A stretch of DNA of 64,000 nucleotides, taken from contig CM035357.1 in NCBI GenBank assembly GCA_020137815.1, positions 5,518,001 to 5,582,000 of the forward strand, read 5' to 3'. The position numbers and the translations under genes were made by a program. This DNA is from Hormiphora californensis (Eukaryota; Animalia; Ctenophora). Position 1 is the first letter of the stretch. The number at the start of each line of letters is the position of its first letter. A model generated the notes under the pieces. It had not been told where the DNA came from. It did not search any database and was given only the letters and a program-made list of their open reading frames with translations. Below are positions 58,040 to 64,000 of this stretch, in pieces.

Positions 58040-60043
58040 ATGACACGTTCCTCTGGATCCAACCCACAACAACAACAACCTGCAGTACTACTGAACAGTA
58101 ACAACCTTTGGGCCGAGCTGGTCAGGGAAATCCTGAAACCATCCAATATGATCATTTCACAGGTTTGTCTAGATCATGATCTGTAGTAGCCGCCTGACAG
58201 TCTAGTGTCTACCAATACCAAGACGGACTCTTTATTTTCCTAGTCCTAATCAAATTCAATGAGCCGAATGACTGTTCAGTTTTAGTTTACTAACGTATGG
58301 ACTATATGGACCGCCCTGTATGGCGAGGCCAGACCCTGATTTGCTTCTCAGATAGGGTCTGCGGCGCCAGACAGACAACGCTTTGGCTGTTAAGCAAATA
58401 GGTCTTCCGAAGAAATTATACGTCTCGCCGATTGCTTGTTATCAAAGATTGCATAATTCATAGCGGTTCAAGATCTCTCATAATAGCTCCACTTTAATCG
58501 CTTGAATTATATAAAAGTTAGTTCTAAGGAACGTCTGGGTTAACTTCATCTCTCTTTATCTTATCAGCTGCAAGATACTGATTGAACTACAGTTATATAG
58601 TTACTTCAATACTTTAACTAAACGATACTGCCCCGATACTTCTCATCAGAGCATTGGCCACTGGCCAGTCAGTACGTATTTAGTTCTTGAGAATCACAAG
58701 AAATACTGACTGGCCAATGCTCTGACAGGCCGCGGTGCAAGACCCCATTTTGACTTGTTGAGTTTTGACAGTGCTCTCAGATCGGGTCCACCAAACAGGA
58801 ACTATTACCACTTCGGCAGCTTCTCCTTGCCTTGTTCGACAAAACAAGCTTCTCCTTTGTGTGGTACTAAAAACTCTCCCTTTGTCTGTCAGATCATTGG
58901 CCTGACCCTATTCTCGAGAACTGTGGCCAGAGCATGAAAAACCCCTTACTAAACAACCCTTTCTCTCCCTCAGAGTCTACTTGGCCTACCCTCAAGTAGT
59001 GGTCTGGCAAGTAGCAGTGGCACTGAACTGGTAGAGAGAGTCAACAAGTCATTCCTGATCAAAGACATACTAGCCGGTGGAGCTGCCGCTGCAGCGGGGT
59101 CCACTAACCAAACTAGAGCTCATCTCCCATCTATTACGGGATTACCTCAACTCAATTACAAAGGTATGTGAGTCTGGGTATGACTTTCAGAGCATTGGCC
59201 TGACCATATTCTCATTTCTTTCAAATAAGCGTGCGAGTCGCGAGAACTGTGGTCAGAGCATTGGCCTGACAGGGGTATGATACTTGTAGTATAGTAGATC
59301 GAGACCCCAGGTTACTCCTCCACCCTTCTTCAATTTGCCAATACAAGTTAGACTGCATGTTATTCGTGCGCAAAACAATCTTCAATATACTTTATTCCCC
59401 GTGAAAATGAAGAGGGATCGTGTGGAATCTGTCAGGCCAATACTCTGACAGGGTGGAGACAATTATCCACAACCAACGCCCAACCCTTATCGAGATTAAA
59501 TACTCTTCTTGACAGAAAGAAATCAATTCAATTTAATGCTTAGATACCATCCACTTAAAAAGTCACTGACACATCATCAACTTCTCATTATTATTTCAAT
59601 ATTATCTCAATATTATCTATTTGAAGCTCAATCAAGACATCAAACCTTCTCAAATATAAACCATAACATCTCATCAACACTAAACGATTGCCTACGTCCA
59701 TGCTTGTCTAGTTTATGCCACTGCCAGACCCTCAACCTCCATCTCAGAACACGCCCTACACAACTCTCCAATAATCAACACATTCCCTCCCATAGACACC
59801 CTGGTCGAATCAATCGAGGCAGAATTCAGACGAAGATCCCTCCGAAAAGAGAGGACAGTCTTCACAAAACTCCAGTTGGCTAAACTGAAGGCCCGGTTCA
59901 GTTTCCAGAAGTACCTCTCCTCAGAAGAGAGGGCCCAGTTGGCAGTGTCACTGTCTCTTACTGAGGAACAGGTACAGAGATGGTTCCAGAATAGACGTGC
60001 CAAGGTGAAACGACAACAATCCCAGGTACAGCTGCAAGTCTAA
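58040..60043 (+). CDS. ANTP-class (NKL-like) homeobox transcription factor with eh1 motif; exons 58040-58162, 58974-59163, 59712-60043
   Basis: Phase-consistent GT-AG splicing. eh1 motif SFLIKDIL. Homeodomain [57 protein letters not shown]. Confidence 0.93.
59188..59272. repeat. Dispersed ~70-85 bp repeat with doubled GTCAGGCCAATGCTCTGA motif; copies ~13697-13765, 13965-14045, 47020-47080, 55025-55100, 57777-57843, 58645-58728, 58886-58935, 59430-59452
   Basis: Recurrent cagagcattggcctgac / gtcaggccaatgctctg flanking ttctcgcg..gagaa, in both orientations. Confidence 0.7.
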
Positions 60044-61889
60044 CTTCTGAATCAATCACTTCATTTTATGTCTTGTTTAGAAATTTTATGTTTAGACATC
60101 TTATGTCTTGTTTGATATGATATCATCTCAGATAAGATAGATAACGTTAGATTAGGTATGACATTGACGCCAACGATCCATCTTTAAAATTAGCCCCTTC
60201 CTCTCTTAGTATCACACTAGAACGGAAGATCCACGTTCAACATAGTTTATTCTTGACAGCTAATTCTACAGAACCCCAAAACGCTTTAAGTTTAGTGCAG
60301 TTCATATATCACTGACCGAGATCAATCAGTTTAAAATGCTTTCAGAACGATTTAACTCGTCTAGTTGGGAGTTCACCAGAGATAGCCAGTACTACCAGCA
60401 CTGTTCAGCTACCATCATCTACAACAACAACTGTCTTCAGCAGGAGTCAACTAGACACCCTCATAACACATCTGAAGAAGTGAAAACACCTGACAGGAAC
60501 CGACCGGACCAAGTAAACAACCAATCAGAACTCGTTATTTAGGTCACGTGACTGGTTATCAGCCAATCAGGGACCAGTATTTTCTGATTCGGTCGGTTCC
60601 TGTGGCCTAGCAACTCTTCCACCTAACACACTGTCAGATCGAATACATGTACCAGATACACACACACACACACACACTGCCCCTGTCTGGCGGCGCCGCC
60701 AGACAGCACTGCCCCGAAAACTTGTGCAAATCAACAAGAAACTATCCAAAACTAAATGATATAGAGGGACAATGACAGAGCTAAATTTGTATTCAAGACC
60801 CCGAGAGAATTTGCTAATGCTAGTATATGCTTCTATTGTTTGGCTGAATCTGTATAAATTGATGGTATATGAATATACTGTGCATAATTATATTACATAT
60901 ATTTAATATCAGAATATCTCAAAACGAGTTAATTAATTAGTTGTTAATTAGTTTGTGTCTCGGTTTATTACAATATTTTACGCCTCATCATCATATATAC
61001 GTCTCATTCTGTTCACCAATGCACCCACATGACACACAATAACAGTCGGATCCTAATTTACTGGGGAAAATGTCTTTCCTCGGTAAATCGCTGTCTGGCG
61101 CCGCGAATCCCATCTGGGTGCACTGTCGCTAATCAAATCGGGATCAGGCGCCGCCACACAGGTTATCGGGATTCGACTGAAGCTGAAAGACAGGGTGATG
61201 CCTCAAAATCTAGTTACAGATCTAAGCAGGAAAGATAGTTGTCTCACATATCAGTCTCTCTTTGATACTCTCCGGAGGTTTAGTTTTAATAAGGGGCTGG
61301 ATAATAATTACTGTTGTAACATCATAACTGTGACAATATGGGAACTCAACACGTCTGAGCAGCAACTTAACCACCGTAAACTCTAGCTCAATTCTCGGAG
61401 AAAGATCTAACTAGATAAATGTGAGCATTGGTTATAAAAAAAGTAGGAACAGCATTTTGTAAAATCCTGATTGAGAAAAAGTGGTGTAGAAAAAATGTCG
61501 TAAAACTTTAGAAAACCCCTGTCTAAGTAGACGTCCCAATAACACAGTTCGGCCACTGACACTAAGCGTATATAATTTAGTTAGTAACGGATCATATATA
61601 GCAATTAACTTGATATTTACAGAGTAGACTTTGTCACAAAAAAAGAAACAAAAAGATAAATAAAGTGTCGCGCTCGTATACTAATAACTGCTAAAATAAA
61701 AAACCAAAAGTCGTACTAATAATATACTTACGCGAAAAAAACTGGAGGTCCAGTTCCCGATAACATTTATAAGCACAAAACCTATAATATCGATACGGAA
61801 ATTTAATAACTTAGAAATCTCGGATAAGTTCTCTGATAACAGTCCATACACATGGAATACTCTCTCGACAAGAGGGGAGAACTCCACGA

Positions 61890-63230
61890 TTATTCCATAG
61901 ACTTGTGCTTTCTCCGTGATGTGATTCTTCCTGTTTCTGGCTCTGCTATAACCACTCTTTTAACTGGCGGAGGTTGAAATCCTGAAAGATGATATATCTA
62001 GTTTGGTGTTAGGTCATTTAAATAATGATAAAGAGCATTGGATATAAGAGATGGGGACGAATTGTATAAACATGATACTATTTCAAAAAGAAAATATTTA
62101 ACAAATTTAAGAATGCCACAGTGCTGAGAAGTTGGCCTTTTGTTTCCACTAATATCTACTAATATCTACATCTCACCCACCTGATTCATCATGATCTGGT
62201 GACACGGAACACTTCCTCCTTTTCAGTGGTCTACTCTCTGCCGCCATAATATTACTCATCTCGGACAGGGGCGGGAGAGTCGCCCCCATTGTCGTCATGG
62301 CACTACTCGTCCCAAACCCACTATCCTTACTACTCTGCTGGCCCATAGTGGGACAGAGAGAGGATGAGGCGGGAGAGTTACAGTTTGAGGGAGCGGCGGA
62401 GATCTTGACTACTCCAGAGTTGCTTTCAGGAGTTACACAGCTGATGTCCAGGTAGTTGTTTGTTCGGAGTTTTTGGGTGTTGTCCTGGGGTCTTATCTCA
62501 CTGAAACAGAGAAATGATTTACGATTTTAAATAAGGGTGACCCAGATTGAATAGTTTGAGGATTCTACATCGATATTCGATTTGAGTGAATAAATCTTGA
62601 TTTCGAATAAATCTTGATTTCAAATCAAGATTTATTCACTGATTTAAATGCAGCTAATAAACAATCAATCGATCCTTATTATCTGACATTGATTTGATAG
62701 AGATGGTAAAATGATAAATACTCAGCTGGAGATAAGCTATCATATTTAGGGATATGCATTTATTAACGACTAATTGCTGTCACTTTCCCTTTGCCGAGAT
62801 CTCCCTTATCATTTATAAAACCATCCCAAGTCCAACTATATAATATGCTTACAGGCCGTTACAGGCACAACTAAATGGAAAACGTCAAGATCTTTATATC
62901 CTCTTTACGAGCCGATATTATAACACAAAGATCATCTTATTCTCTCTTGTCTCACAAAAGACTGCTGTCTCAAAACGGACCGAACACTGATCAGTCGTGT
63001 ACAGGGTGTCCCACTGTCATGGCCCAAAATCGCGTATTACGCAAAGACAGTGGGACACCCTGTAGCAGTATGACAGCATGGTGGCAGCACCTCTCCTGCT
63101 TTACCTAATATCAAGGGGTTGAAATCCGAGGGGCTGGAATCCAAAGAGCATTTTGGTGTTTTCCGCTTCACTGCTAACGTCGCTTTCAATCCGAGATGAT
63201 TCCATAGGCATCTGAAATTAGATGGTGAGG

Positions 63231-63319
<89 letters not shown>

Positions 63320-63924
63320 GAGTTGCGAGGACTGGATAGGTTAGTTAAAGAGTAGATTGACAGTGCCGAATTGATTGTCAAGTCTTTCTTTTGACAGAAT
63401 AGCCAGCAAAAAATGTCTCTCTCCCTCGCTAACATAACGAGTAAATCATTTTACCGGAGCTATTCCCGATAGTTCCCATGTTCGTTAAAGATGACAACTC
63501 AAGCTACCCTCATACAGTTATTATAGCCCCCCCCCCTCCCCGCTCGGAAACCCCCAAGCTTTATCTTTCGTCCCCCTAGAAATTATAGGTCATTCTTCTT
63601 GTAAACCCTCTCTTCCTGCCCCCGCACAAGCAAACAGTACGTTGCCAGAGAAACCCTGCATTATATTACCATATACCGTGTACCGGGTACCCTCTCCATA
63701 CCCCCGAAAGAACGACAGAAAGTCACATCCCGCGGTATAACAGGGTGTATATAATGTCTCCAGAAAGTTTTCATAATAATCCATACCTTGTGTTCACCCG
63801 TCGCCTCAGGGGTTATAGCCGCCCCACCGGGCAGGGGTGGAGCAGTACCAGAGGGAGAGGGGGTAGGGGAGTCCTTACAAGGGGAATCTGATGTGGATTT
63901 CTTGTTGGGGCATTTTGGATGCCG
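61890..63924 (-). CDS. 3' exons of an unidentified Ser/Pro-rich, probably nuclear protein (exons 63787-63924, ~63105-63211, ~62181-62501, 61890-61981); 5' end outside the window
   Basis: Four phase-compatible GT-AG exons read open: RHPKCPNKK...MPMESSRIES...KDSGFGTSS...RPLKRRKCS...PPPVKRVV...RRKHKSME*. Confidence 0.65.
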
Positions 63925-64000
63925 CTGAGGGGAATAATGGATGATTAGCATGTGTGTAGCATGATAATTGCACCAAATTCAGTATTCAAGTATGCAATTA

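Overview
Eukaryotic, intron-rich and compact animal genomic DNA with abundant (GA)n/(CT)n microsatellites. The style (short introns, tiny intergenic spacers, LDLa-GPCR, divergent NKL homeobox, many small MITEs) suggests an invertebrate, plausibly a ctenophore; this is inference only. Most ORF-track entries are microsatellite or antisense noise, and the real genes had to be rebuilt exon by exon. Left to right: a >=5.4 kb fold-back (1-5440); a C2H2 zinc-finger gene (+); PKMYT1 kinase (-), whose 3' half is tandemly duplicated, one copy carrying a 1.3 kb TTAA-flanked palindromic transposon; six co-oriented genes (Ig-domain membrane protein, IDH3A, hnRNP F/H-like, dUTPase, TMA7, PQBP1); a composite fold-back element; an LDLa-rich 7TM receptor lacking LRRs; an SLC6 transporter; a nest of four non-autonomous DNA elements; an eh1-containing NKL homeobox gene; and the 3' end of an unidentified gene (-). 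The best candidate for a novel system is the six-gene cluster. Its spacers are 170-400 bp (ignoring one TE) and each ATG is preceded 2-17 nt upstream by a splice-acceptor-like pyrimidine tract + AG, which looks like an operon resolved by spliced-leader trans-splicing. Scattered 1-bp frameshifts in otherwise intact genes indicate an imperfectly polished assembly, so the large duplications and palindromes need read-level confirmation.
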